Source of the DNA: a virus
IMG/VR virus record: IMGVR_UViG_3300020045_001434
Coordinates: 1 to 64,000 of that record
DNA length: 64,000 nucleotides
Reading direction: 5' to 3' (one strand)
The notes below the pieces were generated by a model. It did no database searches and was not told the origin of the DNA. It saw nothing but the letters and a program-made list of their open reading frames with translations. Made by a program: the position numbers and the translations under genes. Below are positions 49,801 to 59,900 of this stretch, piece after piece. Position 1 is the stretch's first letter. Each line of letters opens with the position of its first letter.

Positions 49801-51946
49801 CTATATCTTTATCAATAGCTAATAATATTGGTTCTTGTAAAGATAATACTTCTAAATTAGATATTTTATTACGCATACCATGTTCAGTACTAGTATCTAA
49901 AGCATTAGCTTCTTGACGTAAATGTTCCAACTTAGTAGCTTTAGTTAATCTACTAACACTAAGAGTTGATATTTCAGTTTCTAAACGTTCAATATTTTTA
50001 TTATGTTCTGTATTAAGATGATAGTATGCTTGAGCATCTGTAGGAAGATTATTTAATGTAGCTTGTACATCCATATCAATATCCTTTGGAGTTACATCAT
50101 CTTTAGAAAACTTATTGATACTTTGAGTATTCAATTGTATTAAAGTTTTAGCTAATGCAATTTGCATATTAGTGTGTCTATCAAATTCTAAATCTCCAGT
50201 TCTAACTTTAGACAGTTCTTCTGAAAATAATTTATTACCACTATTTAATGATGATGCAACTTCTTTAATAGTATTCTGAATATCTTTTGTAAGACCATAT
50301 TCATTTACGAAAGAAGCTAACGATGGATCTTTTAAATCCATGTTAGCCATATTATTCAAAGCATCTATTGTAAGTTCAGAATTACCTGATGATGCAGATT
50401 CATGTAGTAGTCGAGCTTTTAATTTATTTACAGCAACCTCAGCAGATAGTTTAGAAGTTTTATCTCCATTACCCATATATCTAGCAATTTCTTTTATAGA
50501 ATTTGTAGTATTACTCATACTTTCTACAAAATCATTTACTGTATTTTCAATGTATTTATGTTCTGATTTATCAAAGAATTTATTTTTAGTAGCATGATAA
50601 ACTTCAACTCCACCTTCCATTGCTACACCACCTAAAGCTCCACCAATAAAAGATTCCCAATTCTTAGCAACTTTATGATGTTCTAGTAATCTACCTAGTA
50701 ATGTAGAATTATCTTCTTTTACAAGACCTCTATCTTTTAATGCTTGATGTTTTCCCTCAGACATAAAGAAGTCCATAAAAGTTTCATCAAAACCTTCTGA
50801 CATACTAACTTTAGCAAAGTCACCAAATTTACTAAGTATTTGTTTATTGATAGTAGAACCAAAAGTTTGTGCTGTTAATCCATCCCCTACTAATTCTTTA
50901 AGTTTAGAATTTTTAAATAATTGACTATCTATTCTACCTCTAAGACCTTTATCAATACTACCCAATGTTTTACTAAATGTCATCCATTGAACCATATCAA
51001 ATATAACATTAGCATGAGAATATAAATATCCTTTATGTGCAGTATCAGCAGCTAATGATTTAGCTTCTTTATCTCCTAGTATATCTTTATAAGTATTATA
51101 AGTATTATCATATTCTCCATAGGCAGAACGCATACTATCAAGATTACGAGAAGCTATTGCAGGTAAAATAGCATCCATAAATAAATTACCTTTACCTGCA
51201 ATTTTAGAACCTCTATTTATAATATTACTATACTCTAAAGCTCCTTTTCCACTCATAGCAAATCTATCAGCAATAGCCCCAAATTCTCCTAGTCTTGCAA
51301 CTTTAGATAACCCAGAAATATCACTAACAGCTGCTGCTAATCTTCCAGCTCTAGTTGCAACATTAGCAAATTCTAATAACTTCATTTCTCCCATTACTGG
51401 TAGAAGTATAGTAGCACTAGATACAATACTAGGAGTAAGTCCTGCCCAAAATGTAGCATCAGTCATAGCTGCGCCAACACTATTCATTTCTCTAGCATCT
51501 TGAGTTTTATAAATAGGAGCGTATTCATTACCCATTTCAGTAATATTATTACCTAATTCTTCTACAAAATTTCTAGTGAAAGCATCTTGTGTCCCTGTAA
51601 GTTTATCAATTATAGATTTAGGATTTACAATAGCTTCTCCTACAGTTCCTATAGCTTCTATTAAACCTCCAGTTAATTCAGTAAGAGCATTAACTCCAGC
51701 TTTACCTGTAAGTTCCCATCCAGTTTGATTCTTTGCAACATTTTCTCTAGTTTCATCAAAATTTAATGGAGTCATTAATTTATTAGGATTACCTTCAAAA
51801 AACTGTTTATCATATCTCATAGTAGGAGTATTTTGAGTAACAGATTTATAAGCTGATTCTCCTCTATGAATATCTACAGGTTTAATTGAATTTAAATAAT
51901 CACTAGTAGATGTTTGTATTTGTGGGTCAGTTGTATTTATTGACAT
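43862..51946 (-). CDS. large virion cargo (ejection) protein with PD-(D/E)XK-like and zincin-like domains
   Basis: Gly/Ala-rich hydrophobic N-terminal helices (ESFIGGALGGVAM); coiled coils; GTIDLLLLD...IYDIKTSK...QVNTY; MIHEHYHAI. Confidence 0.8.
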   Translation of the reverse strand: MSINTTDPQIQTSTSDYLNSIKPVDIHRGESAYKSVTQNTPTMRYDKQFFEGNPNKLMTPLNFDETRENVAKNQTGWELTGKAGVNALTELTGGLIEAIGTVGEAIVNPKSIIDKLTGTQDAFTRNFVEELGNNITEMGNEYAPIYKTQDAREMNSVGAAMTDATFWAGLTPSIVSSATILLPVMGEMKLLEFANVATRAGRLAAAVSDISGLSKVARLGEFGAIADRFAMSGKGALEYSNIINRGSKIAGKGNLFMDAILPAIASRNLDSMRSAYGEYDNTYNTYKDILGDKEAKSLAADTAHKGYLYSHANVIFDMVQWMTFSKTLGSIDKGLRGRIDSQLFKNSKLKELVGDGLTAQTFGSTINKQILSKFGDFAKVSMSEGFDETFMDFFMSEGKHQALKDRGLVKEDNSTLLGRLLEHHKVAKNWESFIGGALGGVAMEGGVEVYHATKNKFFDKSEHKYIENTVNDFVESMSNTTNSIKEIARYMGNGDKTSKLSAEVAVNKLKARLLHESASSGNSELTIDALNNMANMDLKDPSLASFVNEYGLTKDIQNTIKEVASSLNSGNKLFSEELSKVRTGDLEFDRHTNMQIALAKTLIQLNTQSINKFSKDDVTPKDIDMDVQATLNNLPTDAQAYYHLNTEHNKNIERLETEISTLSVSRLTKATKLEHLRQEANALDTSTEHGMRNKISNLEVLSLQEPILLAIDKDIANKQKQVLDTNALHEQTINSLPNKESYKDDVDHILNTEKQARNIFTDKSSLVEVLRNENNSLESDIKYYNSKDGLANEQKAYKAAIESQNDRFISDFQSELAKTKTKEDVDTLLSSYVSNNKNLDSKINKLGSKEQITVSETIRNLAEKRKGEFVATIKNDSEKDSNVSNVQETIIKPEITTEENIPVESETIVTSEVEVEQRISSTLASTGDATNIVTTLSNNNESFNVGDNVYAKSGKGMTQITYPIKGFKGNKFVILEINGKDTDVNINNVSKTLPGKFVDTELSRAIEKLSNSIEFNEATHKYNYKGETVQNTSSASSLKMDEMSVEERQAFSESNKHDRGSDVGNQVDILIRDFFTDKTNLKSNSSYGFTNNEVFDNFISYLESLEQQFNAKGLKVLASNIKLFDKLSGVAGTIDLLLLDSNNNVYIYDIKTSKQLKTNKFFSRVSNLSKFVTQVNTYAYLLKKLIPNIDINIVEVGIIPIDVTYNNASTKSIVEISKIEPASLANKMINTKALSNVQIANNRGEIFYDTQNDNSIITFKPSDSAFDGIAADGITPLKTKLGIKDPESIDLKTTTGLNDLSKRYTDVLDLINNVISKSDADQNQGLKNLRSMIGGVFSFTNNIDGTNGLVISKLYEFLVSNYIQQKSLEGVVLDSQYRWTFEQLWDVMFTKAAVEDLSKIYIQKGNTSYNANEEFANIKPYLQDIFNNNELQLLNTHKGLTSKAASILENSSPKLRVLSGEILGLINNASLSVEKYDSLLSSINDKVLLVQKLLDFKKYKTYNNEYELTFKDVITIVIDSYNIQNDSEANTNKQPKDLNKLLATLPNIFEAIKNDLNYQLNNILAIERTNSGNNVYIDTDKLITTTETIDTPKGKQTINREVENPNYLMPYRKGEIREYIEWSDANIEGARYDNRSRYYHLLNQFNAINIDSKYNKSDSSNYISKVLNEYSTEQLENTSLIYTEINPTALDVEMIDGVITEESNTIYDVISQIKSNDNITLQLNSKNEIEVIHDLLPIPIAIMSNIANNYGDLTLVNNNDDYKGFKDLIDNPRFKTLLQTKFANTDLSILESLKQLYKHKLTKDSTNRSDKDKQYSKDRYYQAIKDIQNTDSEIFNSIRELIDLFNITNKDNNATLEHNIPTIEAVLNIMFYGQHINYIDSFKPSYNTITNNINNFDTITKDKLDKYNNTKSLLAESKTSKAAISEISMPSILIKPNKAKFKSIKDSITQSVVNGKSSVPIIIYKNGILKNAETGEIYNDFELSKIYQSGKEGMYMLIPSTDGRVSHFPLKTNTLEKSYTNVGDGADYNKTSTGNPKAIKWVTKTILDNIKQVNELVSPAYTYQVGARDNDIRSAATEVQDRRDTISTTLKESISQSGLANIIIIGQGSNDSASYPYFSHDIFKSKDGLSLEQTIKFKSLNPETTAFGVDEFIFHKIVITEELGVRGKEFKAYNLTINPIKLAAKYTKNGILDKESYNKAISSALGDLNNVNVDISSMNDNIDKAVANYSDDFINSVLNHEVYKPINNLLRQNKYDEKGKMIFANNESTFIDPITGVEYNNETSNGAIKYALDTDGLYNNVDVITRKDSNGNIKNLSNLDLINGAGLKIGIDLVNVTSIQKGIIENPIAIVSNLIQYTNPEVLPLANGVIELQRILGDEIKEDVTIENYGERNVADTLADIVPVSVSPSTINFRLTYRDRFIATAKSKNLMYNPFVTMIHEHYHAILTSITEFSKLDDIAKKALITKNNNLVSEFIESFENDFNKYFYKSDLVPNVAAANELLKIFGTEDITFVQSTITGFIGQVKNELERISKKGDNTEFVSDQMAQELFTYMTNPYIMSVLSVVKPSYKYERETTNETFLDKFIDYIIKMYNNIVNALGSSYNFKVSNENYTKIAKDILSDYYSQLNETIKVTPTVTTETTDITEPIVTEKVRPQRKPRASTILSSDLVMSDNKFIFTEKANHRDDNNEILC
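45725..45758 (-). repeat. dispersed 34-bp motif, copy 5
   Basis: Reverse complement reads CCAAGTAGGAGCGAGGGACAATGACATTCGTAGC; coding, sense strand (QVGARDNDIRS). Confidence 0.88.
49166..49199 (+). repeat. dispersed 34-bp motif, copy 6
   Basis: CCCAGTAGAGGCGAGGGTAGAGGAGATTCGTTGC; coding, antisense (QRISSTLASTG). Confidence 0.85.
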
Positions 51947-51950
51947 AATA

Positions 51951-54509
51951 TTATTGTTGACTTATAGCAAATGAATTAATAATTCCTTGATGTACTTCAG
52001 TAGACATTCCTTCAATATTAGCTTTAGTAGCTCCTAGTTCAGTAACAATATCGTTTATATCAGATACTCTAAATTTAGGACTTACTGTACCTTTACTAAG
52101 ATTCCTAATAAAAAATCTATGTTCTCCTTTATTTCCAGTAACTGTAACTTCTAGATTATTATCAGGAAGTGGTACTTTTATAACAGAAGCTACATGATTT
52201 TTATCACTTTTAATTTGTTCTAATTCATCATATATACTTAATCCTCTAGTAGATTTAATATCTTCTCCATATTTTCTAGCAAGTTTAGTGGCGGTACTTA
52301 ATGCTTCTGAACGAGTTACAGGACTTCTAAATCTAGGAGCTTGACTATTTAAATCTTCAATATCTGATTGTTTTACTAAAGACTCATTACCTTCATATCT
52401 AACAATTATTGATTTCATCTTTTGTCCAATAACTGTTCCAGTATCATTTTTCTTATCTAATACTGGATATGTAATTTGATAATAATGACCACCATCTTTT
52501 TTAAATCCATTCATTATAGCTTTACTAATATCAAATGAAGATAAATTATAATTATCAGATTCAAGATTATCTTTAATCCTACTAATGTCTACACCTAGAG
52601 CATTAAAGTCTACTTGATTTCCATTAATATCAGTTAAAGCTCCACTAAGTCCTGATTGAATTATATTTTTATTTAAGTTCATATTTGTAGGACTAGCATC
52701 TCCAGTATGATTAACTACAGTCATAGGAACTACAAATTTCTCAGGATCATTATCTTTTACTTGATCAATAAGATTATATCGTTGTTTATCTAATCTAGCA
52801 AATAATTGTTTTTTACCTTGTGCGGATAATGCAATATCTTTAGAAAATTGTTTATATATATCTTCATTAGATTTAAATAAATCATTAGGTTTTATATTGG
52901 ATAATACATATTGACCTATAATTTTAGTTCGCCTTTCAATATCTAATGGTTGTTTATTATTAGTTCTAGTATCAGCAAATTGTAATTTAGTTAATAATTC
53001 TTTTTTAGTTATACCTCCTTCTACAAATGTAGTATAAGCATCAGTTCCAGGTAATGACCAAGCTTTCCTAACAATAGATTTTCTTTCATTATCATCAATA
53101 TTATTCCATCTATTTTGAGCTATAGAAACTGCATTATCTTTTGCATTACTTAGTATTTTATATTGAGCTAACAATCCTCCACTAAGTTTTCCAGATTTAT
53201 TTAAATTATCTAATACATCGTATTGTTTAGATAAATCGCTATTAGGATTTACTAAACTATTAGCTAATTCAATTGTATTGCTACCAATATCATTAGAACT
53301 AACATTATTAACCATAATCTTTTTAGTTTGGTCTTTTAATAAATCTAGAATATGATTATCAAAATAATGTTTATCTTGTTTAGTACCACGTTCTTCAAAT
53401 GTATCCGCATATTTTATAATGGCATCTTTTTGTAATTTTGAAGTAGTATTATAGTATATATTTTCTAATACATTAGTAGGTTGACTAAACAATTGAGTTC
53501 TACCTTCATTAATAATATCTTGATTAGCTAAAAGCTTTTCATAAGATTTATTAAATTGAGCAGAACTAATTTCATTATTTTCATATTTTTGTTTTAATTC
53601 ATTTACAGTATTTTGAAAAGTAGGACTTAATGTTGCAGATAATTCATTCTCAAATTTACTACCAATTCCATGAGCCAGTACACTAACATCTTGACTATTA
53701 ACTTCAAATCTACCAGTATTTTTATAATGACTTAATTCAGCAGTTTCTCTGAGTTTAGTATTAAAATCAACATCTGTAGCTAAATAATTAGAAGCCATTT
53801 CTTCAAGCCTAGCTTTACTAAGACTAGTAGTTTCTATTTTAGTTTCAGATTCTAAACTATGAGCTAAAACTCCTTTAATAACTGGATCGTTTATAAGTTC
53901 TATATCATTTCTATCTACATAAGTTTTACCTCCAAAACTAGTACTAACAAAGGCTTTCATTTTTCCAGCAATTTCTTCAATACGTTTCTTTTCATCTTCA
54001 ATATCAAGATTGCTTTGTGGAGTAAAAGTTTGTAATGCTTGAATAGTTCCATCTTTACCAACAGTACCTCCTTGTTTACTATAACCATACATAATCTTAG
54101 CTTTATAAAAATCTTTAGCTAATCTTAATGCTGGTTCTTTTTCAGCACGTTTATCATACTCAACTTCCCAATTCTGTATAGTAGCAACATTTGATTGTAA
54201 CGCTTTTAATTTAGAATTATTAGTTACATGATTAGCAACATCCATAACTGTTCCAGTAGCATTATGCCAATCATCATTTTCTTTTATAGATTTAAAACTA
54301 TCTTCAATATATACACTTTCTTCCTGTAATATTTTATCGTCTAAATCTTTATTAATTACTGGCATACTATTTAATGCTGTATTTATTTTAGAAGCATTAT
54401 CTTTAGCAGCCCAGTATCGTTGAGTTAAGGTATTACCAACTTCTTTTATAGCTTCAACTGGAGCACCTACCCTATCAGGAACTCCAGTTACAATATTTAA
54501 TTTAGGCAT
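51951..54509 (-). CDS. virion cargo (ejection) protein
   Basis: 852-aa helical protein in the crAss-like cargo block. Confidence 0.65.
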   Translation of the reverse strand: MPKLNIVTGVPDRVGAPVEAIKEVGNTLTQRYWAAKDNASKINTALNSMPVINKDLDDKILQEESVYIEDSFKSIKENDDWHNATGTVMDVANHVTNNSKLKALQSNVATIQNWEVEYDKRAEKEPALRLAKDFYKAKIMYGYSKQGGTVGKDGTIQALQTFTPQSNLDIEDEKKRIEEIAGKMKAFVSTSFGGKTYVDRNDIELINDPVIKGVLAHSLESETKIETTSLSKARLEEMASNYLATDVDFNTKLRETAELSHYKNTGRFEVNSQDVSVLAHGIGSKFENELSATLSPTFQNTVNELKQKYENNEISSAQFNKSYEKLLANQDIINEGRTQLFSQPTNVLENIYYNTTSKLQKDAIIKYADTFEERGTKQDKHYFDNHILDLLKDQTKKIMVNNVSSNDIGSNTIELANSLVNPNSDLSKQYDVLDNLNKSGKLSGGLLAQYKILSNAKDNAVSIAQNRWNNIDDNERKSIVRKAWSLPGTDAYTTFVEGGITKKELLTKLQFADTRTNNKQPLDIERRTKIIGQYVLSNIKPNDLFKSNEDIYKQFSKDIALSAQGKKQLFARLDKQRYNLIDQVKDNDPEKFVVPMTVVNHTGDASPTNMNLNKNIIQSGLSGALTDINGNQVDFNALGVDISRIKDNLESDNYNLSSFDISKAIMNGFKKDGGHYYQITYPVLDKKNDTGTVIGQKMKSIIVRYEGNESLVKQSDIEDLNSQAPRFRSPVTRSEALSTATKLARKYGEDIKSTRGLSIYDELEQIKSDKNHVASVIKVPLPDNNLEVTVTGNKGEHRFFIRNLSKGTVSPKFRVSDINDIVTELGATKANIEGMSTEVHQGIINSFAISQQ

Positions 54510-54536
54510 ATAATTTAATTTTATAGAATTAATATA

Positions 54537-56786
54537 TTATTTTTTAATATAGGCTTTAGGTGTTGCTTTACCATAAATAGTACCTTGTGGTTGATTAAAT
54601 GGAACTATAGAATTTTTAGTCATATAGTAAGATATTTCAGCATCGGATAAACCTTTGTTTTTTAGAGTATTTAATTTAGTTGTATTATCCATAGCATTAA
54701 GTTCATTACGATTAATACCATATTTAACTTCAAGATTAATTAAATCATTTACTCCTTTAGGATTCATTGATTGATATAAACTAATTTGTTTATCTTCGGA
54801 TACTCCTTGACGATAATTGGTTATAACTTTATCTAAATCAGAAGTTAATCCGGCAGTTATAGCTTGTTGATTATTTATGTCATCACTAGATTTAGCATAT
54901 TGTGCTTGTTGGCTTTGTAATAATCCTGCTTGATTTTGAGCTTCAACTCCTAATCTACGACTAATATTAGCATTAATTATATTAGCATTTGTAGCATCTT
55001 CTTGCTGATTAACTTGTGACAATTCATCTATACTTTGATTTCTAGTATTTTGCATAACTGATGCAGCAACTTGAGGATTAGCAAAGTTTTGTTTAGCATA
55101 AGTATTTAAAGCTTTTTCACTTTCAGTAATACCACTTCTAGTAGCTGACATATTTACTAAGGGAGTATCTTGTGTTTTAAGTGGTACATACATTGGAGTT
55201 TGTAACTTAGCCATATTTTTAGCAGCATTCACGTTACCTAATAAATTAATTGCCGCTGATGCAGTCCCCATTATAGCTTGACCAGTATTTGATTGAGCAA
55301 ATCTATCAGCTTTTTCACCAAAACCTTTAAGATTAAAAGATTTTTTAGTTTCAGTTATAGGAGTTTGAGTTTTAGTTGTACTAGATACTACTGAAGTAGG
55401 AGTACTTAATTTAGGTAAATTTACTTTAACCATACTAGGAACTTTAGGAAATAATGTACTAGCTGAAACAGGAGTATCTTTACCTATAGCGTTATAGTCA
55501 TTAAAATCAGAATCTTGAACTAACATCCCAGTAACATTATCTTTATGATATCCTCCCCATTTCATTTGAGGTTGACCTTGAGATTCTTCAATACTATTAC
55601 TAGTTGTATCTTTAGGAGTACCATCTTCATTATATAATCCCATTTGTTTACCAACTTGTAATTGAGTTTGTTCAAGATTATCTAATTGAGAATCTATTTG
55701 TTGTTTAATTTGTTCAAGATTATTAATTTTAGTTTTATTAGAACTAATTGCTCTAGCATTAGAATTAGCTTTTGGTATACTAGCAGATTTATTTAATGCA
55801 ATACTTGATTTATCTATAGCTAATAATTTAGAACCAATTTGTTTTTCTATAGTAGCTTTTTGATTAGTTATTTCTTTAGCATCATCTCCAAAACTTCTAC
55901 CAGTTTGAGGATTAACTAATTGATGAGAATATATAAATTGACTACCATCAGGTTTTTGCCTAATCATTTCACCTTTTTCTACTTCAACATTTCCAGCATC
56001 TACTCCACCTTGAGCATGACTACGACCATTTACTTGAATAACGTCTTCTGTTTTTTGTTGTAAATCTTGACCATCAGCAGGAATAGTCATTCCATTTTTA
56101 CCACCATTTGCATAGAAAGAAGTCATAGGAGTATTGACACCAAAGTTTCTAGCACTTACTCCCTCAGCATCTAAACGTTGAGTCATTTGTATAGCATTAT
56201 TTTTACTAGTTAAAGCATTTTGTTCAGCAACTTGTTTCTTTTGTGCAGAATTTTGAGCAAACATATTATATACCCCCATACCTAATTGAGCAACTCCTAA
56301 TGCAGCACCTAAAAACATTTTAGGTTTTGGAATATTTTCTCTATATCCTGCGCCAATAGAATTAGTAACAGGATAATTAGTTTTCATAGCTTTATCAAAC
56401 TCTTCTTTAGTAATATCTCTAGTTAAAGTTTCAGGATTATATAAAGCTTTTTCTTCAGGAGAAAATTGACCACTATCATAAAAGTTTTTATCTGTAGTAT
56501 GAGTATATGTAGTAGGAATATCAGTTATAATAGTTTTAGATTGTTTAGGTAAAGACTTGATATACTCATGAACAATACCTACTTTTTTATCAAATGCTGC
56601 TGCTCTAAATCCTTCTGGAGTTTGAGCATATTTGACATTATTATCTGTCATATATTTTTTAGCAGCTTCCCAACCATTAGATAAAATATTATCTACATCT
56701 TTAGAGTATTCATCTAAATAATTATTATTTTTATATCCCCAAAATTTATTATTTATAGGAGTTGCAAAATTAATTTTCTTAGCCAT
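54537..56786 (-). CDS. virion cargo protein with TM/Gly-rich helices
   Basis: GRSHAQGGV, VEVEKGEMI, IYSHQL; hydrophobic segments FLGAALGVAQLGMG and IMGTASAAINLLG; Q/N-rich coiled coils. Confidence 0.72.
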   Translation of the reverse strand: MAKKINFATPINNKFWGYKNNNYLDEYSKDVDNILSNGWEAAKKYMTDNNVKYAQTPEGFRAAAFDKKVGIVHEYIKSLPKQSKTIITDIPTTYTHTTDKNFYDSGQFSPEEKALYNPETLTRDITKEEFDKAMKTNYPVTNSIGAGYRENIPKPKMFLGAALGVAQLGMGVYNMFAQNSAQKKQVAEQNALTSKNNAIQMTQRLDAEGVSARNFGVNTPMTSFYANGGKNGMTIPADGQDLQQKTEDVIQVNGRSHAQGGVDAGNVEVEKGEMIRQKPDGSQFIYSHQLVNPQTGRSFGDDAKEITNQKATIEKQIGSKLLAIDKSSIALNKSASIPKANSNARAISSNKTKINNLEQIKQQIDSQLDNLEQTQLQVGKQMGLYNEDGTPKDTTSNSIEESQGQPQMKWGGYHKDNVTGMLVQDSDFNDYNAIGKDTPVSASTLFPKVPSMVKVNLPKLSTPTSVVSSTTKTQTPITETKKSFNLKGFGEKADRFAQSNTGQAIMGTASAAINLLGNVNAAKNMAKLQTPMYVPLKTQDTPLVNMSATRSGITESEKALNTYAKQNFANPQVAASVMQNTRNQSIDELSQVNQQEDATNANIINANISRRLGVEAQNQAGLLQSQQAQYAKSSDDINNQQAITAGLTSDLDKVITNYRQGVSEDKQISLYQSMNPKGVNDLINLEVKYGINRNELNAMDNTTKLNTLKNKGLSDAEISYYMTKNSIVPFNQPQGTIYGKATPKAYIKK

Positions 56787-56823
56787 AATATATTGTGTTG
56801 TTATAGTTTAATATAAATAGTAA

Positions 56824-56857
56824 AGAGTATAACTATTATTTCTAATAATTATACTCT
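56824..56857 (-). terminator. GNRA-capped hairpin
   Basis: Minus strand AGAGTATAATTATTA-GAAA-TAATAGTTATACTCT. Confidence 0.55.
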
Positions 56858-56869
56858 AATTAAAATAGT

Positions 56870-56914
56870 TTAGCACTTCTTACCAGTACCTTTTTTTGGA
56901 GCTTTAGGTTTCAT
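56870..56914 (-). CDS. 14-aa basic micro-peptide MKPKAPKKGTGKKC
   Basis: Clean ATG..TAA in an intergenic gap, preferred codons, A-rich leader. Confidence 0.5.
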   Translation of the reverse strand: MKPKAPKKGTGKKC

Positions 56915-56950
56915 AGAACTACAATTTAGTTTATTACTTAAATGATTGAA

Positions 56951-59900
56951 TTATCTATTATCAGGTTTATATTTAATATATAAGTCTTGTAACATTAATC
57001 TAGGTTTATATGTGGTATCTCCTAGGTCTATCACACTCTTTTGTTTACCATCCTTACTATAGTATAGATTATCGAAAAACAATGTAACACAGACAAATGT
57101 ACTCATTATTTTTGATATATCAAACCATTCTTTATTGTGAGATATATTATTATCTAAATCTCCGACTAAAAAGTTTACAAAGCCATCTAAGAAAGGTTTA
57201 TGATTATTTACAACATAATCATCAAGTTTATTAAATATCCACATTTCTTCTTTATAAACTCCACCACTTGTATCATAAAAATTATCATTTAAAAAGATAC
57301 TCATTTCATCAGTACATTGAGTATCATTATGAACAAATAATTTAGTAAATGATTTATCATATATATCAAAATTATTTATTAAGCATTTAGTATTCCAATA
57401 AATACTTTCCCAAAGTTTATTTATCCCAGGTTCTTCATTATAATAAAATGATAATATCATTTGATTAATTATATTATTTTGAGTATGTTTTAAATCACTA
57501 TACTCTCCGGATACAGATTTATCATATTTAAATAGTCTTAATACAGTATTTCTAAGAACTAAAAAATAAGTTCTATTACGAGTATATAAACCATAGTAAT
57601 ATTTATAGAAATGAAACGAGTACCAATTTTCTATTTCAGGAACATAACTTAAAGTATAATCTTGACCAATAGAAAGTATTAATCTTTTAGTATCAATATC
57701 ATAAGTTATAAAACAACCATCTCCAATAAATGGGTTATTACCTTTAAGATGTTCTTTAAACCAATTTTTATTTTTACCTTCACTAATAAGTTTTACATCA
57801 TTATCTGTAACTAAAGATATTATACCTTGAACATTATCAATAGTCCAAAAACCTTTATCATTTATACCACAATTAAAATGACTTTCACAACCAATAAATC
57901 CATATTTAGTAGGTATTACTTCCACTGGTTGTCTATCAAATAATTCTCCACTACCTACATAAGTAGTACCTTCTTGATAATTAATAACATCTTTTACAGA
58001 AGCAATAGCTAAACCTAATTCTTGTTGAATATACATATTTTTATAAGTAGATTCAATATTACGAATAGCTCCTCTATTATAAGGCATGTCGTAATAATCT
58101 AATGCTAGATATTTTCTAAATCCTAATTGATTAGATTCAGAATTACTTATTATTGATTTAACTATTCTAGAATTATATTTATTAGATGCTTTCTTACGTT
58201 CTAAATCATTTACTATATCTACTGGAGTAACTAAATTTTCATTATTCTGTAGATGATAAACTTTGTTATAGCCTTCTTGTTCAGAAGTTTTAATCGGGTT
58301 ATCATATTTAGGATAAGTACCTTTCCAATATCTAGCATGAATATTATATTTAGATTCAACTAAAAATCTAATATTATATTCAGTTTTAATAGTATCTAAA
58401 TAAGGTTCATCAAATAATTTAGATGTATCAAATACTGGGAGTTTAGCTATAGAATTAGGAGTATTAGGTACTAATCTTTTAAATCTAAGATAAAAATCTG
58501 AATAAAAAGTATCACCTTTAACTATTATTATGGTATCAACTATTCTATTAATACTTGTACATAATATTAAAGTTTCTTCATATATGTTAGAATAATAATC
58601 TGTAGTAGGATTATATACATTACATCTAAATATTCTTTTAGCATTATCAGTATTTACTACTCCATTTTTAGCTACTGTAAAATTTGTAGAGTTATCTTCT
58701 AATTTTAGTTCTCTAGCACTTTCTTGATAAAAATTATGAATTGCTATATTGTTATCCTCTAATAACTGTTGTTCTGATATATTACTATTAGCTATATATT
58801 TCTTTTCGTCAATAGTAGTATTATATGATACCCATATAGAACTACCTCTAGTAGTACTGTAAGAACCACCTTTATAAATACCTTGTAAATAAGAAGCATA
58901 ATATCTAGATATAACTTCTATTTTAGTATTTGTAGGAAAATTAGAATTACGATTAAATAAATCTTCAAAACTATAAAATCTAACAGGATATTTATCTGTT
59001 TTTAAAAGACCATGATTAAAATAAGAATATTCACTATATTGTTGGTCGTCCCAATATACATAAGGATTACAAAACCAATATTTAGATAGTTCATCTACAA
59101 CTCCAGCTTCTATAGTTTTTTGTAAAGAACCTGCTGTAGCTAAACCTTGAGTATATATTTTAGAATTACTATTATTTCTTTCAGCTCTATGAATACACCA
59201 AAAACCTATATTATTATACATACTACCAAGTAATGCAATTATATTACTAGGAAGTTCTACTTCAATATCATTAATTGTATAATTTATATGTGTATCATCT
59301 GCTACAGCTGAATTTTCATCAGGTATTAAATAAGCGTAATCTAATATTGTAGCAGTACCATCAGTACTAGGAGTTATACTATTAACTACAACTTTAGCAG
59401 AACCTCTACTATAAGTACCACCACTTTCAGGAGAACTTATAAGTTTATATACATAACTTGTATTTGCTAATACTATTGCTGTAAGATTTCTAACTGTTAT
59501 AACAACACTATTATTCGACATTATAGAATATGTTGTTTCAGTATAACTTATAGTTGTATCAACACTAACAATTTTATTTAAAGTAAATATATGATTTAGA
59601 TAGGCATTATCACTCGTAACTTTACAAGTAATTGCTGTAACAGTAGATGAAACTTTAGTTAATCCTCCAGATAAATTATTAGTATTTATAGGATAACTTC
59701 CAATAACATTACCTTTTTTATCTCCTATAGTAAAATATAAAGCATATACTTCATTACTTTGAAATTTTATAAATTGTTTAGAATAAATATCTTTAGAATT
59801 TATATAATCTGTATTAGCAGGAGTAGTAAAATTTAAATTTGTAGTTACTAATTTTAAAGATAAATTATTAGCAATATTTTTAGCAATAGTATCAAATTGA

